This document shows positions 1 to 14,099 of a DNA stretch of 64,000 nucleotides, piece by piece. This stretch comes from Mobula hypostoma (lineage: Eukaryota), in NCBI RefSeq assembly GCF_963921235.1, contig NC_086097.1, positions 149,112,001 through 149,176,000 of the forward strand. Reading direction: 5' to 3'. The stretch's first letter is position 1. Each line of letters opens with the position of its first letter. The notes under the pieces are model-generated. The model was not told where the DNA came from. It saw nothing but the letters and a program-made list of their open reading frames with translations, and ran no database searches. Position numbers and translations under genes: made by a program.

Positions 1-619
1 GGTATGGTCATTAAATATTATTTCTTTGTGATGTAAATGAATAACAAGATGTATATATTTCCCTCAAACTAATAAGAAATAAACAAGTATTTGGACATTT
101 GGTAAATAAAATGCAGGGAATGTATTAACAGGAAAACATAAAATAGTTTACCTCAACACAAAGTAATTGAGACCAAACTTACTAAAATGTTATTTATTTA
201 CACAGCTCATCTCAGTAATGCATAAATCAACTAGCAAATTGATCTTATTTTAAAATGCACCTAAATAACAAATTTTACATCATACAGTATAAGACATGGA
301 TACTAAAGCCGATTCAGAGTTTTGAATTTCCTGTTCTATCATTAACATTGCACCAATAACAGCATGTCCTTAATCTCTCTTATACTTTTATATTCTTTAA
401 TTTACTCAATAATCCCCTGTTAAACTTTCCACAGGAAATTGTCTAATAATTAATTGCTTAACTAGTCTTTTATCTCCAGTGCATAACAATAGTTGCTGAA
501 CAATAGTTCAGTGTCTCTGTCTGGTGAATTGATGATGGAAATTTTAAATTGCAATTCTCTTTTTACTATTTGTGATGTTCTTACTTTCATTACGTTGAAC
601 ACTTTTGCTCCTATATAAC

Positions 620-1740
620 CACGTAGTAGTTAGCATAACACTTTTCAGCACCAGCAATTGGGGCTCAATTCCCACGGCTGTTTGTTTATAAGGAGTTTGC
701 ACGCTCTCCCTGTGACCTGCATGGGTTTCCTCTGGGTATTCCTCTTCCTCTCACATTCTAAAGACAAACTGGTTATTAAGTTGTGGGCGTGCTATGTTAA
801 CGCCATAAACGTAGTGACACGAGGTCTACCTGCAACACATCCGCAGACAGTGTTAGTTGTTGACGCAAATGACACGTATAAAACCTTAAGACATAGGAGC
901 AGAATTAGGCCATTTGGTCCGTCAAGTCTGCTCCATTTTTTCCTCTCAGCCCCAATCTCCTGCCTTCTCCCCGTATCCCTTCATGCCCTGACCAATCAAG
1001 AATCTATCAACCTCTGCCTTAAGTATACATAAAGACTTTTCCTTCACAGCTGCCATAAAATCCCACAGATTCACCACTCTCTGGCTAAAGAAAGAACCTC
1101 CTCCTCATCATCATCATTCTAAAACGATGCCTCTCTATTCTGAGGCTGTTACCTTTGGTCATAGACTCTCCCACCATAGGAAATACTCTTTCCACATCCA
1201 CTCTATCAAGGCCTTTCACCATTCAATAGGTTTCAATGAGGTCACGCTTCATTCTTCTGAATCCAGACCTAGAGCCATCGAACACTTTTCATATGACAAA
1301 CCGTTCAATCCTGAAATCATTTTCGTGAACCTCTGTCGAACCCTCTCCAGTTTTAGCACATCCTTTCTAAGACAAGGGGCCCAAAGCTGCTCACAATACT
1401 CCAAGTGAGGCTTCATCTATGCTTTATAAAGTCTCAACATTACTTCCTTGCTTTTATATTCTAGTCCTCTTGAAATGAATGCTAATACTGCATTTGCCTT
1501 CCTCACCACAGACTCAATCTGCAAATTAACCATTAGGGAATCCTGCACAAGGACTCCCAAGTCCCTTTGTGCCTCATATTTTTGTATTTTCTCTCCATTT
1601 AGAAAATTGTCAACCCTTTTCATTTCTGCTATCAAAGTACATGACCATATACTTCCCAACACTGTATTCCACTGTATATCGCTGTACACCCAATGTTTCG
1701 ATGTATATGTGACAAATAAAGCTGGTCCTATCTTATCTTT
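620..1740 (+). mobile_element. tRNA-derived V-SINE-like element with its tail interrupted by a CR1 insertion
   Basis: Head and V-domain (ggagtttgcacgctctccctgtgacctgcatgggtttcctctggg) at ~620-880; tail resumes at ~1665 (ccactgtat...gtgacaaataaagct). Confidence 0.65.
885..1665 (-). mobile_element. CR1 LINE 3' fragment
   Basis: Minus ORF RDLGVLVQDSLMVNLQIESVVRKANAVLAFISRGLEYKSKEVMLRLYKA, typical of the CR1 ORF2 C-terminus, plus a CR1 3' UTR. Confidence 0.9.
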
Positions 1741-2979
1741 CTGTACCTAATTCTGCTCCAATTCACTCTGTTTTCTCTATTTGTTTTTCAGACATTAGTT
1801 AAGCAAATAGAGGGTTTGGTTTTACGTTTCATTTAGATACACAATAGCCTACTGCCTTTCAATCTGCATTTATTTGCTTCCATATCTAATTAGTTGGAGT
1901 GATAGTTTGATATAATGTCAGCAAGATAAGCACAAGCAACTGTGCCAAAGGATATTCCAGTTCAGGGGGGATTTGGTCCACACCACAGGAGAGAGAACAG
2001 GAGAATGGACCTAGGTTTATGAGTGATCACGCAATAGCACCATCTGAAGTAGTAGTAAGGAGAAACTATATTACGTACATGGCATAGAGGGAGGGAGGGT
2101 AAGTGCCAGGGTATGACCAAGGGTCTGCATAAAGGTCTCTTTTGACCGTACAATATATGATTCACAGTCTGTATGAATTCCAAATGTTGTAATGGTTCAA
2201 TTGCTCCCCTCAATATTTGCTTTACTTGTTTCTTTTTCCAAATCTATTGTCATATCTTTTTAGTTTTACAAATAATTTGCATTATTTGAAATAGCTTCTC
2301 TGTTCTGTTCTCTGTCCTAATACAGAATATCGCAATCTTGGAAACAGTACAGCTCTGACAAATCAAATTGATGTTCAATCTGTGACTAATGAATCAATAT
2401 CTGAAGCTATTTACTCTTTATTTCTTTCAAAGGTTCTCCAGGGGATAGATGGAATGATAATTTGAGATTTCCACAAATTCTAGAATCAGGAAAGTGATTC
2501 AATATAGCAGATAGAAACTGTGCTGGCAATTTAAATTTAAATATTGTACATGGGATTTGGGATATGTTGCATGCCCAGGGAGTCAGTGGATGCAGCCAAG
2601 AGTAGCTAAATTTAATACGAATTAGGAGGTGCTTAAATTATGTGAGCGGGAAAGAATATATTTTGGGAATATTGATTCCATCTTAATTAATTCACTTTAC
2701 AATTGTTTTATGGAATTTTTTTACTGGTTTACTGGATAACAGTAGATTAGGCAACAGCACATCATATCATATGTAAAGTTATTTCTGGGCGTTGATTAGA
2801 TTTTCTGCATAAATATTAATAGGTTTGTGGAATCAAAGAATGATACGACAGTTTTCAGCTGTCCTGACCGTATGGGTTAATCCTAGTTCTTAGACTTTCC
2901 CTCTATGACTGTATTTTTTCCCCTTCACGTGTGTTTCAACATCTCTTTGAATTGATATTGTTTAGTCTGCTTCCATCAC

Positions 2980-3860
2980 CTGTCAGTTTGCAGATGACAT
3001 CAAGGTTGGTGGTGTTGTGGATAATGTAGAAGGTTGCCATAGGTTATATAATGGGACACTGACAGGGTGCAGAGCCACACTAAGTAGTGGCAGAGAGAGT
3101 TCAACCCGGAGAAGTGTGAAGTGATTCACTTTGGAAGATCGAACCTGAAGGAAGAATACAGGGTTAATGGTAAGATTCTTAGCTGTGTGGAAGAACATAA
3201 CGATCTTGGAGTTCAAATCTGCCGATCCTTAAAGTTGCTGCGCAAGTTGATAGGGTTGCTAAGAAGGCGTATGATATGTTGGCCCTCATTTCAGGGGATT
3301 GAGTTCAAAAGGCGTAATGCAGCAGCACTATAAAACTCTGGTTAGACTATACATTGAATATTGCATCCAGTTCTGGTCGCCTCATTAAAGGAAGGATGTG
3401 GAAGCTTTAGAGAGGGTGCAGAGAAGACGTACTAGGATGGAACCTGGATTAAAGAGCATGTCTTATGGAGAAAGATTGAGCAAGCCTTTGGAGCAAAGAA
3501 GGATGAGAGGTGACTTGAAAGAGGTATGTAAGATGAGAAGAAACATAGATTGAGAGGACAGCCAGAGACTTTTCCCCAGAGGTGAAATGGCTAATAAGGG
3601 GGAGGGGACATAATTTAAGATGATTTGAGGAAAATATAGGTGGGGTGTCATAGGTAAGTTTTTTACACAGGAAGTGGTGGGCGCATGGGATGTGCTGCCA
3701 GGATTGGTAAATACACTGGGGATATTTAATAAACTCACAGGGATGACAGAAAGATGGAGAGCTATGTAAGAGATAAGGGTTAGATTAATATTAAAGTAGG
3801 CACAACATTGTGGGCTGAAGGGCTTGTACTATGCTGTTATGTTTGATATTCTATGTTATA
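2980..3860 (+). mobile_element. CR1 LINE 3' fragment (degraded)
   Basis: Starts at FADD (tttgcagatgac); MIHFGRSN...YRVNGKIL; ends in a tgttctatgtt-like tail. Confidence 0.88.
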
Positions 3861-4049
3861 CTCAGGTATTATGTTCAAGATCACAACAATTTTCAGAAAA
3901 AAGGAATGATTCTTAATGTCTATCAGTCTCTCCCTCATCCCACATTTTCTCTTAGTCTTGGATGGTCCTTCGGGATTGAGGCTAACTTGTTTCCACTCTG
4001 GTTCTATGGGATCTGAGGTGATTGATGCAGCCGTACAGAGATACAACGT

Positions 4050-4510
4050 GAGAATGGGAATTGGCTCTTCAGTCCTTTGAGCCTGCTCCACAACTTGATA
4101 TGATCATGGCTCATCTATTTATAATCTTACCATTCCTGTTTAAATGAGGCAATTTTTGATTCATTTACCCACCAGAAATCTACCTCTTGCTTAGAAGTAT
4201 TCAAACACTCTATTTTCCTCAGGAGGAATGGAATTCCATAGACTCACCACCCTCTGATTTAAACAGACAACGTTTTATGTTCAGCAGTAGCCCCTAGTTA
4301 TGGATTTTATCTCAGGTGAATCATCATTTCCACGTTGTCCATGTGAAGGCAGCTCTGGGTTGTATTTGTTTAGCTTGAAACCCCCTTTCACAGTCTATAC
4401 AAACCTTGCCTGCCTGACTTTCCCTGACAAATCAAATCTCACATTCAAGGATTAGGTCTAGTAAACCTTCTCCAAACTGCTTCCAACCTATTTATACCCT
4501 TGCTTAAATC
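4050..4510 (-). mobile_element. Old CR1 3' fragment
   Basis: Degraded similarity to the other CR1 3' ends in the window (ttccatagactcaccaccctctg, ctagtaaaccttctc). Confidence 0.55.
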
Positions 4511-4514
4511 ATTT

Positions 4515-4690
4515 CGCCAGCTGGTGCTGTGGTGGTATCTAGACTGGACTTCAAGGCGAGCGGTCCGGGGTTTGAATCTGGCTGGCTCCTTGCATGCTTC
4601 CCATCTGTGCTGAGTAGAGTGTCGTGCAAACAGACACAAGTGCTAAAGAATCAGCAAGGCTGCCACCCGATGTTCCACAATCGTATTATA
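4515..4690 (+). mobile_element. tRNA-derived SINE
   Basis: A-box and B-box-like head (ggtggtatctagactggacttc...ggtttgaatc). Confidence 0.5.
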
Positions 4691-5639
4691 TACAGTATCA
4701 CAGATGTAGTGTCATCTATGTTTATGCCCTTTATAATAATGCATGATCTATTTTTGGATTTGATTTTCCTCACAATAATATTATGTTAGCTTTCCTGATT
4801 GTTTGTTGTACCTACATCCAAGCCTTTTGTGGGCAGCCAGGTCTCTCTGCAATCTTGCACCACTTCCTTGTTATTTTCTTGACCAAGTGGATAATTCCAC
4901 ATTATATTCCATCTGAAGATCTTTACCCACTCTCTCAACCTATCTCTGTCCTCTCCTATCTATTGCTTCTTCCCACCTTACTTCTGTTTCTGCTTCCGGC
5001 AAGTTTAGTAACCATACCTTAAGTGCCTTCACTATGCCCAACGCATTTAAATAATGTAGGCTCTACAACACTTGTAGTAGGAGATTTCTGAATAGATAGG
5101 TGGATGGAAATTCTGCAAGGCAGTTGGCATAGTTGAAGATCCCGGCCAACCCAGACATTTTTTCTTCTCACCTCTGTCACTGGGCAGAAGATACAAAACC
5201 CTGATTGCTTCTGTCCCACTATGATTGGACTCTTGAATGGACCTCTTGCACGAAGAGTTGGAGTCTTGACCTCACAGTCTACCTTGTTGCGATCTTGCAT
5301 TTTATTGTTTGCCTGCACGGCAGTTTCTCTGTAGCTCTTACACTTCTTTCTGCATTGTCATTGCTTTGCCTTGTTCTTCCTCATGCCACTATGTAATGAT
5401 TTTGATCTGTATAAACAATATGCAGATCGAGCTTTTCACTGTATCTTGGTACTGTGACATTAATAAACTGATGCTAACACCATCTTCCTTGGCAGGACAA
5501 GGACTCTATTGAGGAGTAACATTCCCTTCTCCCACCTTGGAAATCACACGGTGTCAGAGTGTTTTATCCTTTCCCACTCAAGCGTCAAAGCAGCACTCTG
5601 ATTCGCACTGGCATATGGTCTGTGGATTTTACAAGAATG

Positions 5640-6030
5640 TAGAAATTAGAATCCGAATCAGGTTTATTATCACTGGCATACAGTATGTCGTGAAATGTGT
5701 TGTTTTGCAGCAGCAGTACGAACCAATACATAATTTAAAAACCTATAAATTACAATAGGAAATATATATATATAATTAAATAAATAGTGCAAAAAGAGAG
5801 TAAAAGAAATAGTGAGGTAGTGTACATGAGTTCATTGTCCTTTCAGAAACCTGATGGTACAGGGAGTGTGTGTCTTTAGGCTCCTGTACCTCCTCCTTAT
5901 AGGAAGCAATGAGAAGAGAGTGATGGGGTCCTTAATGACGGATGCTGCCTTTTAGAGGCACTGCCTTTTAAAGATGTTCATGATGATGGGGAAGCTCATG
6001 CCAATGATGGAGCTGGCTGAGGCTGAGTAC
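5640..6030 (-). mobile_element. Rex1/Babar-type LINE 3' fragment
   Basis: Similar to 24772-25200, with a (gattct)n-type tail and the ORF2 C-terminus. Confidence 0.75.
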
Positions 6031-7166
6031 TCTGTGGTTTCATCAGATCATAAAACATAGGAGCAGAATTAGGCCATTTAGCCCATCGAGTCTGCTCCAC
6101 CATTCCTTCATGGCTGATCCCCGCTCTAACTCACCCCATACACCTGCCTTCTCACCATGCTCTTTGAAGCCTTGACCATTCTGGAGACTATCAACTTCAT
6201 CCCTGGTATAATTTTAGTAAATCTCTACTGTACCCTGTGAGGCCTTGAGAATCATCTCAATATGTAATGTTCAGAATTCCATTCTATTATTTTAAGAATA
6301 AATAAATATTCATAAAGATTTAGCATCTCTTTCTCGTTTTTAAACTCTCAAAGCCAATGGTCCTATCTGGTTTTAAAAAGCCTTTGTAACTTGTCTTATT
6401 TTCACTGATTTGATTGCAGATGCCTTGGGTTTCTCCTTTTCGTCGTCTCCTTTAAGCTGATTTGTTAATATAATATTATTTTTCCTCACACTTCCTACGA
6501 TGTGTATCAATTCACAGCTGTGTTCATCACATTTTATCTGCAATGTGTCTGCCCATATTACCATCTGTCAATATCTTCATGCAGCCTGTGTCTAGCCTCC
6601 TCCTTGTTTGTTGCCTTATCGAGGTACGTTCATCCTTCCTGGACTTTGAAATTACAGCCATCCTTGGTTATATACAAAGTAGTCATCAAACTATTGGCTA
6701 GGAATACTGCTGTACAAGAAACTTAAGTTAACTGTTTGAGTCGAAGAACCCGTTACTGCCAATATTAACTGTTTCTCTTTCCACAGATGCTGCCTGAGCA
6801 TTTCCAGCAGTTTTTGTTTTTTTTATTTCAGATTTCCAGCACCTGCAGACTTTTGATTTTCAACACCATTGCACAACACTTTGTAGTGTGAAGCCCAGCC
6901 TTCATCCGCTCTCTGCTCCCTGCCGCCATTAGCCACTGTAATGTAGTCTTGCAAACAGAATCCCTTTAACTGCAAAAGCTTTAATTTTGTTCGCAAATTC
7001 AGCATGTGCTCCTTATCTCGGCCTGAAACATCAGCTGTGCTCTTTTCCATAGATGCTGCCTGGCCTGCTGAGTTCCTCCAGCATTTTGTGTGAGTGCTCC
7101 TTGTCTGATGCCTTTCAAAAACCCAATCATACAAAGGACTTGCCAAAGAGCTTCCCAATGGGGCAG

Positions 7167-7393
7167 TGTTATGTTTTGTAATTCCAAAATGAATTGAAAG
7201 GAAAACACTGGGAGCATGGTGATAAACGTGTCTACTTTGTTCTTACTTTACTGAGGCAGTGGCATAATGACAAATGCCATTCACATACTTTTACATATAA
7301 CTGCAGTAAGTTATGTAAACAACAAGGAATGCTTAATTAAGCAATGTATTTACAATATTACTCAAATATTACTGAAATATTACTGTAAATACA
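7167..7393 (-). repeat. 3' LTR of the Gypsy element
   Basis: Direct repeat of 11280-11506, clearly diverged; adjacent polypurine tract at ~7394-7408 on the minus strand. Confidence 0.88.
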
Positions 7394-10300
7394 CTTTTCC
7401 CTGCTTACCTATAAACTCCGGCTCACTATAGAATTCATCTCAACTCAAGTATGTAATGTAATGGTTTCTAGTCAACTAGTACACAGTATACTGTTATAAA
7501 CAACTACGATATGGAAGATTTCTTACTCTTGTGGGCTAACGTCTTTCCTGATTAGGGTGGTCACTGCTTGTGAAGTGAGACTTGTGGTTGTGAAACAGTC
7601 TCAGGTATTGGGTTGAGTGCTGGTTGTCGGAGTTGACTCCAGGACTGCAGGAAGTGGCTCTGACAGATTGGGGCACCTTTCTTCCTTAAAAATTGGCTCT
7701 GCTTTCCTCGCCCGATTGTTGTGTTGTCTCCAAATGACATTAGGGTCCATCTCCACTTCAGAGCAGAGTGGTCCAGTTCTGTCCTTAATCTTTCCAAGTA
7801 TCCACTTTTGATCATCTCCGTAGTCCCTTGCCAAGACTGATTGTCCAGGAGTGAAACATCAAACCTCCTTATAGGACCAGCCGTCCGTTTGTCCTGCGTA
7901 CTCCTTCTGAGATTGGGCTTGAGGAGACCCAAGCGGGAGTGCAAGGGACGAACGAGGAAAAACATTGCTGGTGAGTTGCTTGGTGTGGAGTATGCTGCAT
8001 TGTGATATGCAAGGAGGAAATTGGCGAGCTTCTGATTCAGTGTCAGTGTAGTGTGCTCTGCTGACATTGTTTGTAGTGCATTCTTTAGACTCTGGACAAA
8101 CCTTTCCACCAAGCCATTTGTAGCTGGGTGGTATGGTACAGGTGCAATCTATCTAATGTCATTGATTTTCAGGAATGACTGAAACTGTGGTTCATGGTGA
8201 CTGTCTAAGTGTTCTGGAACACCAGTCCTTGAGAAGAGGCTTCTCAACATATCAACAATGTGCAATGCTGCAGTGGATGCTATTGGGAACACTTCTGGCC
8301 ACTTTGTAGCTCTATCCACTACCACCAAGAAATTTGTGCCCATGAATGGTTCAGCAAAATCTACATGAAACCTCTGCCAAGGCAGTGCAGGTCATTCCTA
8401 GGGAAGGAGTGGCACTGCTCTTGGCATCTTCTGGATGTGTTGTCATCCCTGAACAGTGCATGGCAAGCTGCTTGATCTGCTGATCTATCCCAGGCCACCG
8501 GACAGTTGTGAGCCAATACTCTCATTTTGACCACACCAAGGTGACCAGCATGTTGCTTCTCTAACACTTTAGCTCTCAGCTTGGATGGTGCAACAACTCT
8601 CAACCCCCATATAAGGCAACCCCCGTCGAAGGCTGGTAGAACTGGGGGAACTGGAATTTCTGCTGCACGTTCCAGCCATTTTGGGTGGCCATGTAGAACT
8701 GAGACAGTGTGAGGTCTTTTATGGATTCCCTTTGGATCATCTCTGCCCTAAGAGGGAGACATTCAATTTGCATTAGTGAGAGTATATCAACAGGGGTCTA
8801 CTTTTTTGCAAATTTTTCAGGTACTTCCTTTTCCAAGGGTAAATGAAACAATCTATCAGCATTTCCATGATTAGTTGTCCTCTTGAATTTGATCTTGTAA
8901 TCGTGACCTTTAAGAAACAGAGCCCACCTCTGTATTCATGCTACTGCTGTTAGTGGAACACTTTTCTGTTGATTAAGATGGACGCCCGTGGTTGATGATC
9001 AGTAATGAGGGTAAACTCTCTTCCATACAGGTACTGGTTGAAATGTTTTACACCCCAAACCAGACTCAAGACCTCTCTGTCAATCTGTGTGTAATTTTTC
9101 TCTGCAGCAGTAAGAGAACATGATGCAAAGGCTACGGGGCATTCACTTCCATCACTCATACCATGTGACATGACTGCACATACACCATAAAGCAAATCTT
9201 CACAGGCAAGCTCACTGGATTATGTGGATTATACTGTGTGAATACAGTGTCTGACGTCACTATTTCCGTTGTCTTTTGGAAAGCCACCTCATACAGCTTT
9301 GTCCATTGCTATTTCTTCCTGATCTATAGTAATGAGTTCAAGGGATGGAGCACAGTAGCCAGGTTTGGCAGGAACTATCTTGGAGATTTTGGAGATGTCC
9401 CTTGTCATCCTCACCGGTAACAGTGATGTCAGCTAGGTAACACTGAATGCCTGGGTAGCTGTGTAGCACCTGGCCCATGGCTTTCTGCCAGAAAATTTCT
9501 CCAAAAATAAGCCTATTTTAGCGATAAATCCCTTTGTGAGTGTTTATGGTGAGAAACACTTTGGACTGTTTGTCCGTCTCCATCTATAGATAGGCCTCAG
9601 CTAAGTCCACTTTGCTGAAGTGTTTCCCTCCAGAAAGGTTTGCAGAGATATCCTCTAGCCTGGGCAGAAGTTATTGATCTACTTTCAGTACTGGGTTGAT
9701 GGTGACCTTCAAATCACCACAATCCTGTCAGACTCGTTCTTTGTTGCTACTGGGAATGCTGGTGTTGTTCATTGGCTCCACTCAACCTTGGAAAGAATTC
9801 CTTCAGCCTCTAGCCGATCTAACTCATTGGCTACTTTATCACGGATGATATAAAGAGCCAGATGGGCTTTGTAAAACTTGTGTGTGGTATTTTCATTTAA
9901 TACTATTTTCTCCTTGATATATTTGAGTCTTCCAATGTCTTCCATGGACGCTGCTGTTGTATCATTCTGTAACTTTCTTATTTCGCTTTCAGTTGACTTG
10001 ATTGCAGGGGATGTGGCATGCAAATGGTAGATGGATTACCAATCAAGTTGTTGCCTCAGCCAGTCACATCCCCACAATGCTGGCCCTCCTGCTTTTAGCA
10101 CATACAAGTTCAATGTGGCTTGTTGTTTGTTGTATTTCACTGCTGTGAATGAGATAACGTTTTTCCAGGATAGGTTCTTCTTCATTGGATACCTGCAGGC
10201 TTCAGTTCAGTATCCTTGAAATGCTGTTCAAACTATTTTTGTGGAATGACTGCAACACCCAAATCAGTGTCCAATTCCATTTTAATTAATTTGCCATTCA

Positions 10301-11279
10301 CTTCTGGTGTAAGGCATATTGCTTGTCTGTTGTTAGTTTTCACATTGTAAATCTTAAGGCTATTCAGTTCTGTGTCATTCTCATCATTATCAGATTTTTC
10401 ATCAACAGCATGCAGATTAGTGCTGTATTTGAAACTGCCATTTGACGTTTTAGCTTTTTCGCTTCCTGGTGTAGTCCATTTATTTTTGTCTGCCCAACAT
10501 GCTTTTGTGTGTGTCCTGCTTTGTTGCATTTTCTACAAGTTTTGCCTTTAAACCTGCATTGGTCTGGTATATGTGAGACCCTGCCACAATGGTAACGCAA
10601 TTTATTTGGCCGGGCAGGTTTCTGTTTAAATGTTGCAAATTTGTTCACGCTTACTTTCACTCCTGACTGCAGCTCAATTGTGTCTCTGGCTGCTGTTTCC
10701 ATTGATATAGAGACTTAAGTTGCTCTTTTAAATATGAGTTGTGCTTCAGTTAGGAGCCGCTTTTGACCGTTTGTGGTAAGATTCCACAAACTAACCAATT
10801 TTTCAGTGCATCATTAAGACCATCACTGCACCAACAATCTATTAAATTCAGCCAGGTATGCTAAAATAGACTCCCCTTCCTTTTGATTCCGCTTATGAAA
10901 CCTAAAGTGTTCTGCAATTAACAATAGTTTCACTTCTAAATGCTCCTACAGTACTTTCACAATATTAGCAAAGGTCATTTTGGCTGTTTTTGCTCACTGT
11001 ACATCACCCCAGTTATCTTTTGTGTCATTGAACGGGTCTGTCTTTCCGATGTAGCCAGCTGTTCTCACTGTATACGAACCCATGAATTTTGTCCATTTTC
11101 TGCCTTTTTTTAAACTTGATCATTGCTGTCCGTTTGCTGAAGGAAAGAAAATGTGCTGCGCTTTTTAAAAAAAAAACTTTAACACCTCACTGCGCTTTTT
11201 TTTCAGTCTCAAATGTTTTCCTGTGCTTCAACAGGTAGGTAGTGGTCTTGTGTCCATCTTACGACTGCCTCATCACCAC

Positions 11280-11506
11280 TGTTGTGTTTTGTAACTTCAA
11301 AACTAATCAAAAGAAAAACACAGGGAACCAATGGATAAACGTGTGTACTTAATTTTTACTTTATGATACAGTGGTGTAATAACATATGCCATTCACGTAC
11401 TTTCACATATAACCTGTAATGAATTATGTAATCAACAAAGAATGCTTCATCAAACAATATATTTACAATATTACTCAAATATTACTGAAATACTAGTTAC
11501 ATAACA
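11280..11506 (-). repeat. 5' LTR of the Gypsy element
   Basis: Direct repeat of 7167-7393, followed on the minus strand by the PBS at 11268-11278. Confidence 0.88.
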
Positions 11507-11720
11507 GGCAGCACAGTGGCTTAGTGGTTAGTGCAATGATATTTCAGCCCCAGTGGTCCAGGTTTAATTTGCTTTGCTGTCTGTTAGGAGTCTGTACATC
11601 CTCCCTGTGACCATTGATCTTCCCAGTTAGTAGATCAATTGTTCACATGTGTGTATATGGGTAGTGCAAGCTCATTGGTCCAGAAGGATCAGTTAATGTT
11701 CTGTATCTCTAAATAAAAGT
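11507..11720 (+). mobile_element. V-SINE-like tRNA-derived SINE (target of the Gypsy insertion)
   Basis: ggcagcacagtggcttagtggttag head; ggagtctgtacatcctccctgtgacc V-domain. Confidence 0.75.
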
Positions 11721-11899
11721 TTAACTATCACGGCTCCACCAATTTTATTTTTTGAGGAACTGATGTGAGGAGATTCCTTAGTGGTAAATGGAATATACTT
11801 CAATTTCTGACAAAATATTTCAGCCATCTTAAGCTCTAAGATCTCTTATGATAGCTAAATCCTATACGAAGGAAGATGTTAAACCCTCTGTGAGCTGCA

Positions 11900-12370
11900 C
11901 CTTGACGTTCAAGACCAGTTCATCCAGTATACTGTTGCTCATTAACTTTCATTGACCAATGCCTCACTCTTTTAAAAAAATTGCACTCTCTTATTGGAGT
12001 CCCTTTATAACCCTGCTCCTCCCTAACCCTAACTCTGTAATCTCATCCAGTCCTACAATACTCCCAGTACTTTGGATGCCTATGACACTGGCCCCTTGTG
12101 CATTCCATACTTCCTCTGTTTACCACTGATATCTGTGCCTTCAACTGTCTAGCCTCTAAACTCTGGAATTTCCTGCTCCAACCTACGCATCTCCACAAGC
12201 TTGCTTTTTTTTAAGATGCTCTTTAAAACCACTTCTTTGACCAAGCTTTTGGTTGCCGGTCCTCATACCATTTTCTTTGGCTTAATGCCACCTTTTAGCT
12301 GTTTACACTCCTGATAATTACACTGGGACATCACAGTACATTGAAATGCAGTAATGTCTTTTAAATAAAA
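11900..12370 (+). mobile_element. Old L2-type LINE 3' end
   Basis: Typical L2 terminal motifs (gccttcaactgtctagcctctaaactctggaattt; aaaaccacttctttgaccaagcttttgg). Confidence 0.6.
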
Positions 12371-14099
12371 TGTTCCAATCAATGAATTTATGACAAAACT
12401 GCTAGTAACCTTCTCAGAATGTTTTTTTTCTTAATGTGTGGGAAGTGTGAAAATACACAAAGCCGTCTGGAACTGGCTCTGGGCCTCCAAATTTAAATTC
12501 AGTTGTTAAAAATCTGAAAATAAAAATATGGTGTCAGTAGAAGTGTTCACAAAGCAGGAGGATTGGTGTAAAAACCCATGTGGTTCATACACACCCTGTG
12601 TGGAAAAAGGTCTGCTGTCCTTAGCCTACTTTGCTATGAAGCCAATGCTGCACAATCTTTCTTTCCCAAGAAGCTTATCCCTCGATCGTAACATTAGGTG
12701 TGTTATGGTGGAAATGAGCACCAGTTGTTGCCATGTAGTACTGGATTAATTTTTAGGCTGTTGACTCCTTACTGAAATCTCAGCCATTTTATTATATTTC
12801 GGTAACCAAAGTTGGGCAATAAGTTCCACCAGGCTGGGAATCCTCTTTCTCAAAGCTATTTAAGAATCACCTGCAATAATAGCAGAACATGTTAGAAACA
12901 CTCGGCAGGTCAGGAAGGGTGCTTGAAAAGAGAAGCACGGTTGAAGTTTCAGGACAATGGCTCTCTGTCAGAACTGGTTAAAAAAAATAAAATAAGATAA
13001 TTTTAAGTTGCAGAGAGGGTGGCAGGTCTACCGATAGGAATATCTGAAGGCTTGTGCAATAATTAAATGCTTTTCACCTGGTCTTACTCTGCATCAGATA
13101 TCCTATTTCTTTTTCCCTAAATACTGCCCAACTTGTCGAGTGTTTCCAGCATTCCTCTTTTAACTTCTAATTCCAGCATCTACAGTTTTTTTTTAATTTA
13201 TAAAATTGTTACCATTAATGTAATATATTGAATGAATGCCACCTATTGAAGATCATCTCAGATGAAGAATGGATGTTAGGACTTACATTTGTGATGTAGT
13301 TGAGGGAACTTAAATTTCAAACTTCAAGGTAAATTTATTATCAAAGTATACTATCCTGAGATTCATTTTATTGCAGGCATTTACAAGGAAAAAAAGAAAA
13401 TCACAAGAATTTGATGAAAAACAAAACCTGAATAGACAAAAGACTGATAAACACCGATGAATTAAGATGACAGACTGCTAATGACAAACGATACTGAGAT
13501 CTATTGTGACTGCAGATGTTATCCTCTGATGTTTAGTGCCTTCTATTCAAATCCAGTACTATTTTCCTTTAATAATTAAAACCTCAAAATGTTTAAATAT
13601 ATAAAATGTTAAAAAGTGGAAATACTCAAAGGATTAGGCAGCAAGTGTGGAGAAAGAAAAAAATTTATATAGGTGACCTTGTGTTATATCAGTTCAGGTA
13701 ATGGAAATTTGCCCTGATGAAATTTATAATTCTCGACCAAAATATTTGATACAAAATAAAAATATGAAATTCATATGAAAAAATGTAAATTAAAGAAAAC
13801 AAAATTTTGATTTCATTTTTGTCAATTCACATTTCTTGCTGCATGCACAGACAACAGGGCTTTGCATTATGGAAAATAGTGACACAGATTATTTTCTAGG
13901 AATACAGACTCCCTGTAATACAAGGGTCACCTTTATTCCAGACTGGTGATCTTTCATCTGAAAAGGCATAAGACTGGATACTGGAAATCTAAAATGAGAA
14001 ACGAGCTATTTCTGTAAAAGATCATTAATGTCTTCACAGATACTGCCTGAGTGTCTTCAGAGTAGCTTCAGCAATTTTTATTTTTATTTCTGATTTCTA

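Larger units (their letters stand above)
7167..11506 (-). mobile_element. Gypsy (Mag-like) LTR retrotransposon, both LTRs present, degenerate gag-pol
   Basis: TG...CA LTRs at 7167-7393 and 11280-11506; GGCAG target duplication at 7162-7166 and 11507-11511; PBS TGGTGATGAGG; PPT; twin CCHC knuckles (CGRVSH...CRKCNKAGH); protease (MELDT); RT; RNase H (EKNYTQIDRE...ITDHQP); integrase (NGLVERFVQSLK); many stops and frameshifts. Confidence 0.93.

Noticed and set aside
13713..13745. CTGATGA as an active hammerhead ribozyme
   Set aside because: The downstream GAAA core and stems are not intact.
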